Source: Chrysomallon squamiferum (Eukaryota > Animalia > Mollusca). From it: a stretch of DNA of 64,000 nucleotides. Positions 1 through 31,585 of this stretch are shown piece after piece. How positions within the stretch are numbered: the first letter of the stretch is position 1; each line of letters opens with the position of its first letter. The position numbers were made by a program, and so were the translations under genes. The notes beneath the pieces are model-generated. The model ran no database searches, was not told where the DNA came from, and worked only from the letters and a program-made list of their open reading frames with translations. The stretch is taken from positions 3,348,001 through 3,412,000 of the forward strand of contig CM022668.1 in assembly GCA_012295275.1 (NCBI GenBank), in the 5' to 3' direction.

Positions 1-620
1 GTACAGAAATGAAAGCCAAATACTTATACGTGAAAGTATCATATTTCAAGATGGCGCCATGTATGTTTTGCCAAGGACACCCGGCTTGGTTTTCCTTATC
101 TTGCAAAATTTATGTATGGAAATATTATGTATGGAAATTAAGTTTCAAATACACACTAGAGTGTGTGTAATAAAAATCGTTTAATGATGACGGAGGTACT
201 GAGCTAAATAACTTTTCATGAATTAGTCTTACACCCTCTTTTGATTTAGTTAAAGTTATATATTTATTTTTTGAAATACTGTTTGTAATTATGATATTTT
301 GGTCTATAAGAAAATGGACTTACTTTGCTGAAGAAAATTTATAAATGGAGAATCTTTTTCATTTGTAAGATTATAAGATTATTATTATGCTGTCTTAAGA
401 TTTTTCTCAACACACTTCTTTATTTCTAAAAACTGAACTCTGGACTCCTTTATCATATTATAAAATCTATATTTTTCAGTGAAATAGCTTATAATAAAAA
501 AGCAACATTCAGTATTATTTAAGTGCCAAACATTAATTAACGAGCGACTTCATTTCACGTGCCCATTGCGTAGCATGCCCAGAAGCTTTACAAAGCGTGC
601 CTTAAAACATTTTACTTTAC

Positions 621-734
621 CTTGGCTTTCTGTTCTTCTGTGTCTCTTAATTTCTGTTCCAGCTGCTCTGCTCTGTCAATAGCATTCTCCTTCTCCATCT
701 TCATGGCCAACATCTTCTTTTTGATGGCATCCAT
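621..734 (-). CDS. TPM: Tropomyosin, first coding exon (gene continues beyond the left edge of the window)
   Basis: Minus strand reads ACCAAA-ATG (734), then [38 protein letters not shown], then a phase-0 donor AAG|GTAAAG at 620. The 114 nt (38 codons) is the canonical tropomyosin exon 1a length, and [15 protein letters not shown] is typical of molluscan tropomyosins. Confidence 0.97.
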
Positions 735-1386
735 TTTGGTTGTTTAGTGCGAGAAATTGGCCACAACAAAAATCAAAAAGGAAAATCAGAAAAGCAGAAG
801 GGAATGCCGAGAGCAAAACGTGAATAATCTGCAGACGAGAGCTATTTCCTTCAGCTGCTTTCAATAGCAATTCCTGGCTCTGCGATCGGACGACGAAAGG
901 GAGACCTGTATTGCTCGGAGGTAAATCTTCCAAGTACTTGGAGGGTCAAACAAACAGGAATGCACAAGACAACCTATCAGAATTCGCCGAAGCAATTATA
1001 GTACAAGGGGATAGAGCGCGTCACCCTTCTACAAGATAGGGTTACCACCTTGTTTGGCAAAAGCAGAGAGTTCCAAAGACTATACTATGTTCTTTCGGTT
1101 TCTAGGGGCGCCAGGCTATCTTGCTACTTAAATGTTTTATCAATTTATTGAGCAGTTTTTATGTAACTTTGTTCTAAAAAATTAACAGTAATTCCAAGAG
1201 ATATCTTTTTAAAACTTGTTTGTTTAAGTATTAATATAAAATTGTATTATTATATTAATTGCTGGATGACCATTCCACCCTTTCAAGAAAGTGCGACCGA
1301 TGTTCCAACACAGTAATTCAGATATCTATGCGCCGTGAACATGGGATACCTTAGGTACACAATTATTAACCACTCAAAGTGATTTG

Positions 1387-1400
1387 GTTGCCATGGAAAC
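1387..1400. promoter_or_regulatory. RFX X-box motif between the divergent tropomyosin and CIB genes
   Basis: GTTGCCATGGAAAC is a near-perfect palindromic X-box. Motif match only. Confidence 0.35.
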
Positions 1401-1954
1401 TATTGTAATCTGCTTACATAGATGGCAGTATGTTACCTACTAGTGCCAGTTCTAGTGAGAATCTGCTGAAAGAACGTAATGAATATGATCCGGGAAGATC
1501 TGTTTTTGGCTGCCATGTTGCACCATGGTATGCCATCTGGGATGACCGAATCTTAAGCAACAAGTAACTTATAGGCATGTTAAAATTTTCTTATTCGGAC
1601 AGATGGAATCACATTTTAATATCTCGAGTTCGCTGCATAGGAGATTTAATTTCAGTCTTGTTGCACATTGCGTTCTGCAGTTTGGTCTTTTGGGGATATG
1701 GAATTCTAAAACGCAAAGCGGATTTTTTTAATAAATATCTCGTGGAGAAAGAAATCTTCGCTTAGAGTTCAGTAATATTACTGTCACTCTTGTGACTGAT
1801 AGAAAAACTGAAAGAAGGATTCACAGAATGATGAAAGAAAGCAAACGAACAAAAGCAATATCAAATTATAGCAATGCTTTGGACAAAAAATTAGCATCAT
1901 AAAACAGTATAATTATATTTAAACTTCTACAACTGCTACTACTATTTCTATCTC

Positions 1955-1998
<44 letters not shown>

Positions 1999-2781
1999 TC
2001 CAGATAATAACGATTTAAAAACAAAATAATAACATGAAAATATAACTGCCTAATTATTATTTAGTAACTAACTTACTCTTGCAGATCTTCTGCAGAAAAA
2101 AACAACAACTAGAATTAAAATAATTTTTGTTGCTTTTTGTTTGTTTGGTTTTTTGTTTGTTCGTTTGTAAAAAAAAACAACCTGTTTAAAACCTTAAATT
2201 ATGAACTATATTTAAAAGAGATCATCTTTCGTTCGTTTTCCCTGTATGAGTTTTATGATCTTTTTAAAAAAAAGAAAAAAAGAAAAAATAAGGATTATAG
2301 CATTATGTTTTTACAACAGTATTTTTTATTTAGTGTTAAGGTAATGCAAATTAATAATGAATATTTATTATTATTAGTAGTAGTAGTAGTAGTAGTAATA
2401 GTATTATAACTTGTTTTCTCCGACAGATATTAATTACCATTCATTTTGAGACAATTTCATTGTGACTTTTTACGCATGCACACACATTTTTGTGCCATTT
2501 TTGGACAATGGATGAACTATTGGTATTTTACAAAGAAATACACTTGTAAACATTTTGTTTTCAAGAAAACTAGTAAGGTAGTATAAGTAAGAATCACCAG
2601 GAGACAAGTAGCTGACGCTGCAGCCTGCTTCATCAGCAGGGAATGCACACACCAGGATGAACACACATGTGCTAATTATTATCCCATGTTTTCGTGCAAT
2701 GTGAAAATTAGAAACCGTCTGTAATAAAATACTGTATACCGTATGAGTGAAGAAAATGTAATAAAGAAATATATTTATCAC

Positions 2782-2815
<34 letters not shown>

Positions 2816-3726
2816 ATAGATAGATAGATGTGTGTGTGTGTGTGTGTGTGTATGTTTGGTTAAATGTGTCAGTCATTCTATTTGTCTTTCTACATCATGA
2901 GGAGGAAGATAATCTATAAAGCAGGAGCCTAATGTACATACGGCAATGTTAGGTAATTAGTCATGTGCATTTACGCTCTATTGTTAATAATGGCTACTTT
3001 GCAATCTAATATTTTTCGTTAAGGACACTTTAATGTTAACTGTAATTAAAAGACAATTAGTTCTCTTTTCTTGAATTCGATAACTAAAAAATGTAATTTA
3101 CAAATGTAATACATAACAAAGTTCAGCTTGTTCTTGCTTTCTCTAGGAACTAGTTTTCAACCTGAATGAAGGCGAATTAACACATAGAGATTGTATTTTT
3201 AAATCAGCATTGTTTTGGAACATCGTCAAATTTGCTATCTAATAATATTTTTAGAAAACATATTTATGTTCAACCATAGACTGATTTCACGCCAAAATTA
3301 GCTAAGATTTTCGCAGTCTGACCTCGCTGTATCTACGCTATTTTTAGCCGGGTTGAAACGCTTAGAAGTTACCATACACCAAATCTTTCGAACAACAATG
3401 TTGACCGGCGTTTGATGAAAAAGAATATAAAAATTCGTTAAAACGATAAAGAAGAGAAAAGCAAAAGGATTTTTGAAAGACGAAAAAGAATTCAACGGAA
3501 AAGAAAGCCAAAAAGGGAAAAATATCAAAATAAAAACAAAACAACAGCATTAACAACAGCATCAACATAAACAACAACAACAACAATAATATTAATAAAT
3601 AAAATAATAATAATGATTATGATGATAATAATAAATAAATAAATAATAACAATAATAATTTTGAAAAATCAGTCAGTGCATACTTCATTTTTTCAAAATG
3701 GAAATAATGACAAAGATAATTAAACG

Positions 3727-3727
<1 letters not shown>

Positions 3728-3783
<56 letters not shown>
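3728..3783. repeat. (GT)n microsatellite
   Basis: Pure run. Similar (CA)n runs at ~20348-20397, ~20903-20951 and ~22821-22862. Confidence 0.95.
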
Positions 3784-3786
<3 letters not shown>

Positions 3787-4920
3787 AACGAGTAATTTAT
3801 CGAAGTAAAATTACTTCTCCCTAAGAAACTGGTGAAACCTCTGTAACGTCACTGTTTCACTTTCGTCTGCGTTCGTAAAAGAAAACATTCGCTGAAATTT
3901 GACCAGTGCGCTGGCATTTTCTCCGTTTCTGCCATTAACTGTAAACAACAAATATCTGTTGTTTGACGTTAACAAATTGTAGGTAGTTGTTTGGAGAATA
4001 TTCTTAAAATATCTTTTGCTTGAGTCATTTATTTTTAAAACATGGTTGTTTGGAAACGGTTATTATTCTAAAGAGACTAGACTGACAAATATACTATTTT
4101 TTTTTTTAACAACTGCAGCAGCACCAAAAACAACAACAACAATAAAAACAACAACAACAAAAACAAGAACAAGAACAACAGCAACAATATTATTATTATT
4201 ATTGTTTGATAATTCATTACAGCACATTGCTTTTTTCTGTTACTCTTTGTTATTGTTATTTGATATTTTTGTCTTTCGTTTTAGCAGCAATAGAGAACAC
4301 TTCCATGCTTGACTTTGATAATTAATCTCAGAGCACTAACTGGAACGGGTAACAGCTCAGAAAGCGCAAAGAGGAAGACTGTGGAAAAGAATAATGAGAA
4401 GTAAAAAAGAATTATATATATATATATATATATATAAAATACAGTCATCATGCATTATTGTAACTATTATTGTTCAATTTGTTGTTGCTGTTGATGGTAT
4501 TATTTTTCTTCATCATTATCACCGTCATCATGATCATATACTTATTCTTATTATTGTATCTTACTATTACTACTGTACCTATTACTACTAGTGTAGAATT
4601 GGTGAAGATATTTGGATTGTATTTGTTGTTTTTCTGTCTTGTTCTTATCTGTTAATATTATGACTGCAACTGTTGTTTGTATTGGTTTTCTGTCTGTTTT
4701 GGACATAACAGTAAATAATAATATAGCTTATATTCATATTGATATATGAGGTTATTGTGCACAGGAAAAATAAAGACACGATGCTGTTAAATAAATGGTG
4801 CTTCAACAACAGGTAAGGAAATTTCCACAAATAACACGGAAGTGTGAAAAGTTTAGAGGCGGCAGTTTGCAGTTATTAACTTAAGTTCTTCGATTAATGT
4901 GTTTTGGTAACAAATTGAAT

Positions 4921-7900
4921 ATGGGTAGTAAAGTAACTGTTTTTACTTCAGAACAACTTGAAGCATATCAGGTGAATCTAATGAATAATAATAAATTAAG
5001 AAAGTTGCTGATTTAAAGATACTCGTATAATTACAACGAAATAAAAATTATCCACGAATGACGTTTGTCTTACATAACGAATTATAATGTTGATAGTCAG
5101 GTAATTGAATAAATAATTTTAATTTCAGGAGAGTACATTTTTTACAAGGAAAGAAATATTTAAGTAAGTATTAGAGGATTTAAATTTACATTAGATTTAG
5201 CATCATTTTGAAAAATATTTTTGACATGTATTTTATTTAATTAAATTATTATAAAAAAAGAATTTTACCAAATAACATTTTTTTTAGTTGTTTAATTGGT
5301 TTAATTGGTATTGGCAGACTGTCAGTTGTAGAGTATATTGCTGGGATGGATTGTTACTAAATCAGTTGTCCTTGTTACAATCATTGGCCTATTTCCTTTG
5401 AGTGCCAGTGACTCATCAAAGGCTTATCTGTTTTCATGTCTGTAGACAGATACAGTTAAAAGACCCTGCTAATCATTAAATCATAGTCTGTTGTATAACC
5501 AGTTTCCACTCCTTTGGTATGAAGTATTTAAATATACCACTGTGTAACTGTTAGTTTGTATCAAATTAGTAATAATAAAATAATATTCTGTCACCTTTAA
5601 GTCTGGCATTTTACTTTCAATATCTATCTGATATATTTCAGAATATTTGAACGTTACCGTCGTTTAGCACCAAGACTAATTCCAACTGATATGACAAGTT
5701 CTGAATGCAAGTCACTGAAGATTCCATTAAATATCATCAAAAACATGCCAGAGTTAAAGGTAACAGAATATTATTTTACTATTTCTGATTTGATATAAAT
5801 TAAGTTATCCAAGTGTTTATTTTGCAGTTTGTAGATTTGATAGTTAATGAAATATAAATAAATACCTTGTCTATAAAGAATTTGAGTAAATTTCTTTTGC
5901 TGAATTATCATTAATATGGAAAAGTATAATATTTTTATTTAAATTTTGGTTGCAAAAATATTAATTTCACTTTTTATGTGTACATTAGTGTTTTGAAATT
6001 TTATATCTATATGAGTATATGTGTGCATGCATGTGCTTTCCTAAAAGTACATTTTTAATATGAATTTGAATGATTAAGTATATTTTTTATGTTTTCTTTG
6101 GATAAATTTTGAAGTGATTTGCTGTATATTTAATAAAAATTATAAATTCATTTTTTTCCTTTGATATTTCTTTAAAATAATATTTTTCTATCTTTTCAAT
6201 ACTTGTTATTTTTTCTTCTTAATTTTATTCATTTCTTCTTTATTTATTTATTAGTTTATTTTTAATTTTTATTATTAACATTATACTGCTTTTTTAAAAA
6301 AGTTTTATTTATTATCTAGACAACTGCATATTTTCCACTCATTTTCTTTCTTTCCTCCTTTTCTCCCTTCTTTCATTCTTTCATTGTTGTTATTGTTATT
6401 TTCAGAACAACCCTTTCAGTGAAAGGATATGTAAGGTGTTTTCTGATGACGGTAGTGGTGACATGTCATTTGACAATTTTCTTGACATGTTCTCTGTTTT
6501 CAGTGCATCAGCACCTCGTGATATCAAAACTCTGTATGCTTTTAAAATTTATGGTTAGTTTTCATTGTTTGCATTGTTTCCTGGCTGATGCTATTTTTAT
6601 AATTATCATTAATAATAATAATAATAATAATAATGTTTTTAAACTACCGTATATACTTGTGTATAAGTCGAATTTTTGGGAGACTATATTAAGGCAATAT
6701 TTTGGGGGTCAACTTATACATAGGTAATGCTTTTATAGCTGTTGCTGAAGAGTCGCCATTTTGACTATTTTTTGCTATGGGATGCATCTAAAATAATCGC
6801 GGTCTTTCAGCTTTTCAAAAATATAATTTTATCGTATAAAAAATTTTGAAAAATTAAATAACAAAACCAAATATGAATGTAAAACATGATATTCTTCCGT
6901 TGAATGACATAAAAATACATTTTAAAGCGAGAAAACCGTCAGTACGGCATTATGCCTTACGGCGTCTTGCAGTGATCTAGGAATGCAGACTTCTCTGCCA
7001 AATTGCACCAAATATCAGTCCTAATTTCATAAACAAAACTCACTTGTTTAATTGTAAAGAATTTGGTGAAATAATATTGCAATCGTCATTAATATCCACT
7101 ACCAACAAATTTTGTAAATCATAGAACGGCTAAATATAACGGTAAGTTAGGTCTCCATGTTAGACCTATTACATTAAAGAGATACTATTTATGATACATT
7201 TAGGCTATAGCTCGTGTAGTACATGCATTTACGTTATTATGGTATATTCGTGTAAGTTATGTTACAGTAGGCGTACAATGTAGGCCTTCATGGCACTGTC
7301 ACACTGGTCTAAAAATAGTGACGGTGCCTGGAATCTACAGTCGACTTATACACAAGTAATACCTAAAATAACGCAATTTTTGGTCTTAAAATACACATCG
7401 ACTTATACATAAGGTCGCCTTGTACACAAGTGTATACGGTAATGATATTATTTATTTTCAGTAATAATAATTCTTTGTATTATTAATTTTATTTTTATTA
7501 CTGTGTTGTTGTTACAAATGTTATTATTGTTGTTATTCTTGTTATTGTTGATGTTTCAGCTCTAGTTTAATGCCAAGATAACTTAATAGAGTCATTATGG
7601 TAGAAAAATTATAGTAATTCTTATTAAACTTCTACATTATTTCACTTTCTAACATTTTCATTAATTGCATATTTTTTTTATACATGTTATGTTAGCTCCA
7701 GATAAAAGCTGTCTCGCATTCGGTTAAAAACCAGAAGTTGAAATTAATCTGTATTTTACAGCAGCTATTGTTACATCTACTGGGAATTTTTATCGAAAAT
7801 GAAGATTTATATTAAATCTGATTCTTTTACCAACAAAAATACATGACCAGTTTCAATGAAAGGCATATTAAGTGTCAACCAGACTGGTATTTTTATATTG

Positions 7901-9358
7901 ACGTGTTTCAGGAATTTTAAATGATGTAAATATATTTATAAAACACTAAAGAAAACTGTAATTAGTTTTCAATTTTCCATTTTCCATTTGATTTATTATT
8001 ATAAATTTACTGAATAAAGAGAAGGGGAATTTACCTATATGTTTAAGTGTTTGGGAAAATAGGCATAAAAGATCACTTGCTGCTTGTTGTAGAATGTTGC
8101 ATTACAATTTAGTGTTCCTTACCCACCTGAATAATTTTCAACTGAAACTAATACTCCACAGGTATATATCAAAGATAATAATTTTCCAGTCTTTGGTAAA
8201 GTAGACATAAAAGGACCTTTCCTGCTGAGGCTTAAATGTTAACAGTTTCCTCAGAAAATTAAGAAATAGCAGTGTTTGATATCCAGTATCAAATAATGTT
8301 GTTAAGGAAAATAAACTTTAAAATATAAAAAAAAACAAAAAAAAACAACAATTGAGTGAGTTAGGCATGAGATATGTTTATTTATAAGGAATAATAAAAT
8401 ATTTTTATTTTTCAGATTATGATGGTGATAATGTGCTGGATAAAGAGGATCTCGAGAAGGTCACCCGAGCTGTTACAAAAGATGAGCTTACTGAAGAGGA
8501 AGTTAAATTTGTTGTCAATAAAGTAAGAAAAATCAAATAATCTTAAATTTAGAAATTTTCACATTTACAGACACATTTACGCGCATCTCTCACAAATACA
8601 CAAATAAAATAAAAACTTGTATACATAAACACAAGGACACACTGTTTTTTGGTTCTAAGAATATTTTACAGCAATACTTTAACAACAATAATAATTAGAT
8701 AAAATTAGTCTTTTTAAAATTACTGAGGTGTTGGAGACTGTTGAAATTATGTTATCATTTGCAAACATGGATTTCAAAGTGTTAGCCATCAATATCATAG
8801 TTGTTTGTGAGTTTTTGTGTGTGTATATTTGACCAGGTTATGGATGAAGTGGATCTGGATGATGATGGCAGTTTGTCATACTTGGAGTTTGAACATGTTA
8901 TTTCTAGAGCTACAGGTTTTGACAAGTAAGTAAATGTGTGTAAAATGCATTCTCTGTAGTTCTTTTTTCAAGATATTATTGTAACCATTAATTGATAAAT
9001 CATCTATAGTGCTTTATCAAGACACAGTAGTATCAACCACTGACATGATGTCTGTTGCGATTTTTTCATGTTACAGCTGTATGCACTAACTAACTGACAA
9101 ACATTCATGGAAATTTTGGCAATGCTCAAAGAAAATTAACAAGAGCACTCAAAAGATGTTCTCTCTCTTAAAATCTGATATATCAGCATCTGCATTTTAG
9201 CCAAAACTTAGAACTTGTATTTTCTTATTAAATTCTCACAAGTCAGTTTAACTGTAAATATTTATTTTTGTGTGTATGGTAATTTATTTAATTCTGGCTG
9301 TTGAATTATTTGTTTAGTTTAAAATGTTTTTTTCAGGACTTTTCATTTACGAATCTGA
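4921..9358 (+). CDS. CIB2/CIB3: Calcium- and integrin-binding protein, CIB2/CIB3-like (189 aa, EF-hand)
   Basis: Exons 4921-4971, 5129-5163, 5642-5759, 6406-6553, 8416-8522, 8837-8925, 9337-9358; all GT-AG, phases consistent, 570 nt. Protein MGSKVTVFTSEQLEAYQESTFFTRKEIFK...MPELKNNPFSERICKVFSDDGSGDMSFDNFLDMFSVFS...AFKIYDYDGDNVLDKEDL...DLDDDGSLSYLEFEHVISRATGFDKTFHLRI*. It has two canonical EF loops, Gly2 and the family-typical TFHxRI C-terminus. Confidence 0.96.
5370..5515 (+). mobile_element. Degenerate Nin-domain SINE remnant (CIB intron 2)
   Basis: CATTGGCCTATTTC..GCCAGTG..ATCAAAGGC..TGTCTGT..TAAAAGACCCTGCTAATC follows the order of the molluscan Nin-SINE core as I recall it. Confidence 0.45.
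6647..7439. mobile_element. Non-autonomous Tc1/mariner-superfamily (Tc2/pogo-type) DNA transposon in CIB intron 4
   Basis: TA|CCGTATATACTTGTGTATAAGTCGA ... TCGCCTTGTACACAAGTGTATACGG|TA gives ~25-bp imperfect TIRs and a TA target-site duplication. Subterminal (TC)GACTTATAC repeats occur at both ends; no transposase ORF. Confidence 0.88.
8040..8320 (+). mobile_element. Degenerate Nin-domain SINE remnants (CIB intron 4)
   Basis: CATAAAAGATCACTTGCTGCT (8064) and GGTATATATCAAAG..CATAAAAGGACCTTTCCTGCT..TGTTTGATATCCAGTA core-like fragments. Confidence 0.4.
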
Positions 9359-9894
9359 TGGAGTTTTAATGGAAACTTATTGCTGCCATTGAAACTAAGA
9401 AAATAATGAAGATAATCAGAATTATTATATTATTACTGATAATGAATTGGCAGCAGTCTAGGTGCATTCCAGTTAGCTTAAACTGTTTCTAACTAATAAG
9501 ATATACAGTTAACAGTCTGTTAATTTGGGATTATTGCCTATGAAATACTTATGGTCAAGCATATATATTGCTGTTGTTATTGTTTTTAAGATAAAATCTT
9601 TCACAGTTAATTTATTTTTGTTTTACTTTCATCTACTGTAAGAACTAATGATTATTTGTCACAAAGACAATGATGGTGTGAATATGAGTTTATTTATATA
9701 TTTTGTTGAAATCTTTAAATAGTGATAGCTTAGCTTTCCCAGGTTTCAGTGCACAGTAACAGAAGGGTTCTTAACCTGTTATAGCTGGGAAAATTATCAT
9801 CTTATGTAGAAAGAAGTGTTCTGCTTTTCCATTTTCTTATTGTTATTATTTAAATGTTGTAGAGAATTATAAACAAAAGGGGGAAAAAAAAAAG

Positions 9895-10073
9895 GATAAA
9901 TTTCTCCCCCATAGATGATTATTATCAATTAGAAAGAAATATTTGTTGTAAATCTTTTCATGAAACTACATATCACAGTATTTCATAAAGCTGATAAATG
10001 GCTCAATCTGCAGTGGGAAATAACCTAACTGATGCATTGAAAAACTGAGAAGAAAGGTTAGTATTAAATATGA
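9895..10073 (+). repeat. ~180-bp local direct duplication, copy 1 (copy 2 at 15584-15762)
   Basis: Read-by-eye alignment; the last ~130 bp differ at one position (GATGCATT vs GAGGCATT). Confidence 0.92.
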
Positions 10074-10329
10074 AAAATATGTCAAGTTTCCATAAATAAT
10101 TTTAAAATAAATTACCTGTTTTAATATTAATTATTATTAGTCATATACATTATAAGAGAGGAAATAAATTCTCACATGAAATAACCTTGCTGCTGACTAA
10201 TAACAGTTTCCTTTCTTCAGTGTGTTTGTTCTTTAATCATAATTATTTATGATGGCATACAACTGCAAATTGACAATTTGTGCAGCAACATCATTTTACC
10301 AGTTAAATCAACATTCAGTAAACATGTTA

Positions 10330-10594
10330 GACATGTTAGACATCTTGAACCAGTAGAGTGCAAGTATTGACATGTTAGACATCTTGAACCAGTAGAGTGC
10401 AAGTATTGACATGTTAGACATCTTGAACCAGTAGAGTGCAAGTATTGACATGTTAGACATCTTGAACCAGTAGTGTGCAAGTATCGACATGTTAGACATC
10501 TTGAACCAGTAGTGTGCAAGTATTGACATGTTAGACATCTTGAACCAGTAGTGTGCAAGTATTGACATGTTAGACATCTTGAACCAGTAGAGTG
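10330..10594. repeat. 39-bp minisatellite, 6 full copies plus 1 partial
   Basis: Unit GACATGTTAGACATCTTGAACCAGTAG(A/T)GTGCAAGTATT, near-identical copies; it explains the 13-aa periodic ORFs in the track. Confidence 0.95.
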
Positions 10595-11145
10595 CCTATC
10601 AGTACTGAACAGTAAACTAAACTACACTAATCAAATTCTAACAACAATCTTTGATTTTGTAAGTGCTGTTTTTTGGGGTTTATTTCTCAATGACAGAGAT
10701 TGCTTTTTCTTTATTACAAGCTTCAGTTATTTATGTTGTGTAATTTAATTTAGTTTTTGAATTATATTTTTGTTTTATAGTGATTATAGTACAATGTGAC
10801 AAACATATTATATTTATTTATTTTATTTTAATATATTAATATTTATGATTGATTGTTTAATAATTTTCTATTACAATAAATCAATAACAAAATGATTCCT
10901 TATTATTAACAGACTTGTGACTTTGGCTGACAGATATTTCATTTTTTGTACACATACTAATTTATTAATTATTTTTGTACTTTTATTTAAACATTGTAAC
11001 CATGATAATACAGTTTTGATTATTAAAAAAACAACATGATTTAGAAAAATCTCTTTTCTGTAAATTTCTAATGCAAAGTGTGACCATATCAAATCAAATA
11101 ATTTGATTGCTTATTTATCTCTTGTAAACTCACATAAATCTATTA

Positions 11146-11896
11146 CAGTGCTACCTTGATTTACGAGTACTCCAACTTATGAGTTTTCCAAGTTACGAGC
11201 AGTAGCCCAGTCAATATTTTGCTTTGAATTGCTAGCGAGCTTCAGATACGCTGCTGCTAGTTGACGCAATGAACAACACAACATCCACCCAGCATCCCAT
11301 GTCTCACACGTTAGCTTCATGTGGTTACCTTGCTGTGGAAGCATCTCTGTTGTGTTGTGCTCGCATTATGTCCAGTATTTTGCCAAATTTCCATGGATCC
11401 TAAGAAAGTGAATGTAAAGGACAGTGCTGAGAAGAAGGAGCGGATGATGTCCATTGAATTAAAGCATGAAATCACAGAAAAACATAAGTAAGGTGTGCAT
11501 ATAGTTGACTTGACTAGACAGTATGAGCATAGTACTTTTACAGTATGTACCATACTGAAGCAGAAGGAGTCGATAAAGGCTATATTTCCTGCCATAGCAT
11601 TAAAATAATTTCTAAGCTGCGGACCTTTCTCCATCAAAAGATGGAAAACCCTAACACTGTAAACTTTACAAAACCAATTTATTTCTTTACATACTCTTTT
11701 ATTTAGTACAATACAATATTTGTTATTTATAAATACATTTTTCTTATTTAAAAACACCTTACAAAACATAAGGGTATGTTTTTGGGGGACATGAACCGAT
11801 TAATTTCATTTGGGAATATTGGTTTGATTATATAAGCAAATTGAGTTACCAGCTCGGTCATGGAATGAATTAAACTTGTAAGTCGAGGTACCATTG
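11146..11896 (+). mobile_element. Internally deleted Tigger/pogo DNA transposon with a dead transposase 5' remnant
   Basis: TA|CAGTGCTACCTTGATTTACGAGT ... ACTTGTAAGTCGAGGTACCATTG|TA TIRs with TA TSD. From 11393 it reads MDPKKVNVKDSAEKKERMMSIELKHEITEKHK*GVHIVDLTRQYEHST, frameshift, TVCTILKQKESIKA, a CENP-B/psq-type HTH with a stop at 11489. Confidence 0.9.
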
Positions 11897-12892
11897 TACT
11901 TGTAAGAACAAAACTGATATCGATGCTTGTTTTGGAAGATTTTGCTATTTTCAGCTTTATGAAAATAATTGTATTACATGACCAATCCAGTTATATTTAT
12001 ATTAATTAACATTTTTATTATAATTTATTGCATTTTCAGCTTTTTCTTATTCTTTACTTGTTTCTACTGTGATCAGCACCTGATTTTTCCAAAAATGCAA
12101 ATTGTAATGATTATTAAATGAACATTGAAAAACTCTTACATTTTTAGTATTATATTTTTCAGTTAAAAGTGGAAGTAAGTCTGCAGTCTAAATACACTGT
12201 CACATTCCTTCATAAACTCTGTAAAAACAAAACAACCTTTATTTTCAGACTTACAGTCATTATATTAAAAGTACATTTAAAACCAAAGGCAAAATATATA
12301 TAATGAAATAAATAAAATTAACTCAGAATGTTATCATACTGACACAAAATCCAAGAGATCTGTAATGAAATATTTAACTGTTAGTCACTAATGCAAAAAA
12401 AAAACCTGTCTTAATTGCAAATATCAAGCTGATTATATGCAGTAAAAAGTCTAAATAAATGTTTAGATCCTGAGACTGACAGTGTTCTACACACACAAAG
12501 TTAGTCTTTGAGATATGAAAAATTTAAATCATTAGTTCCAGCAGAAATACAGCCTTAATCAGAACAACTACACACTTGCAGCATGAACAAATGATGAGCA
12601 TTTTATACACATTTGCTATATTACCACTATGATTTAAAAAAAAATAAAAATAAAAATAAAAAAGCCCAACAAACAAACCAAAAGAAAAAAAAGAAAAAAA
12701 CACCTGTTGTAAAGTTACTTTTCCAAAATAAATATTAAATTGTTTTAAAACTTCTATTACAAATTATATCTGGTACATTAAATAATTTTCATTTTTTAAC
12801 TGGATCAAATATATTAACTAAACAACTACACTATTTTCATTTATTTGTTAAAAATGGGTAAATTTGGTTGAACGAAAGTCAACAAAGCATTG

Positions 12893-31585
<18,693 letters not shown>

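Noticed and set aside
676-933. 85-aa ORF in the track
   Set aside because: Wrong frame; it overlaps the real tropomyosin exon and its 5' UTR.
10247-10577. Two periodic ORFs (Cys/His-rich HTTGSRCLTCQYL and MSNMSILAHYWFK repeats)
   Set aside because: Translations of the 39-bp minisatellite, with no splice context or unique flanking coding sequence. Identical units without spacers rule out a CRISPR-like array.
11317-11769. 150-aa minus-strand ORF
   Set aside because: Antisense to the dead Tigger transposase remnant.
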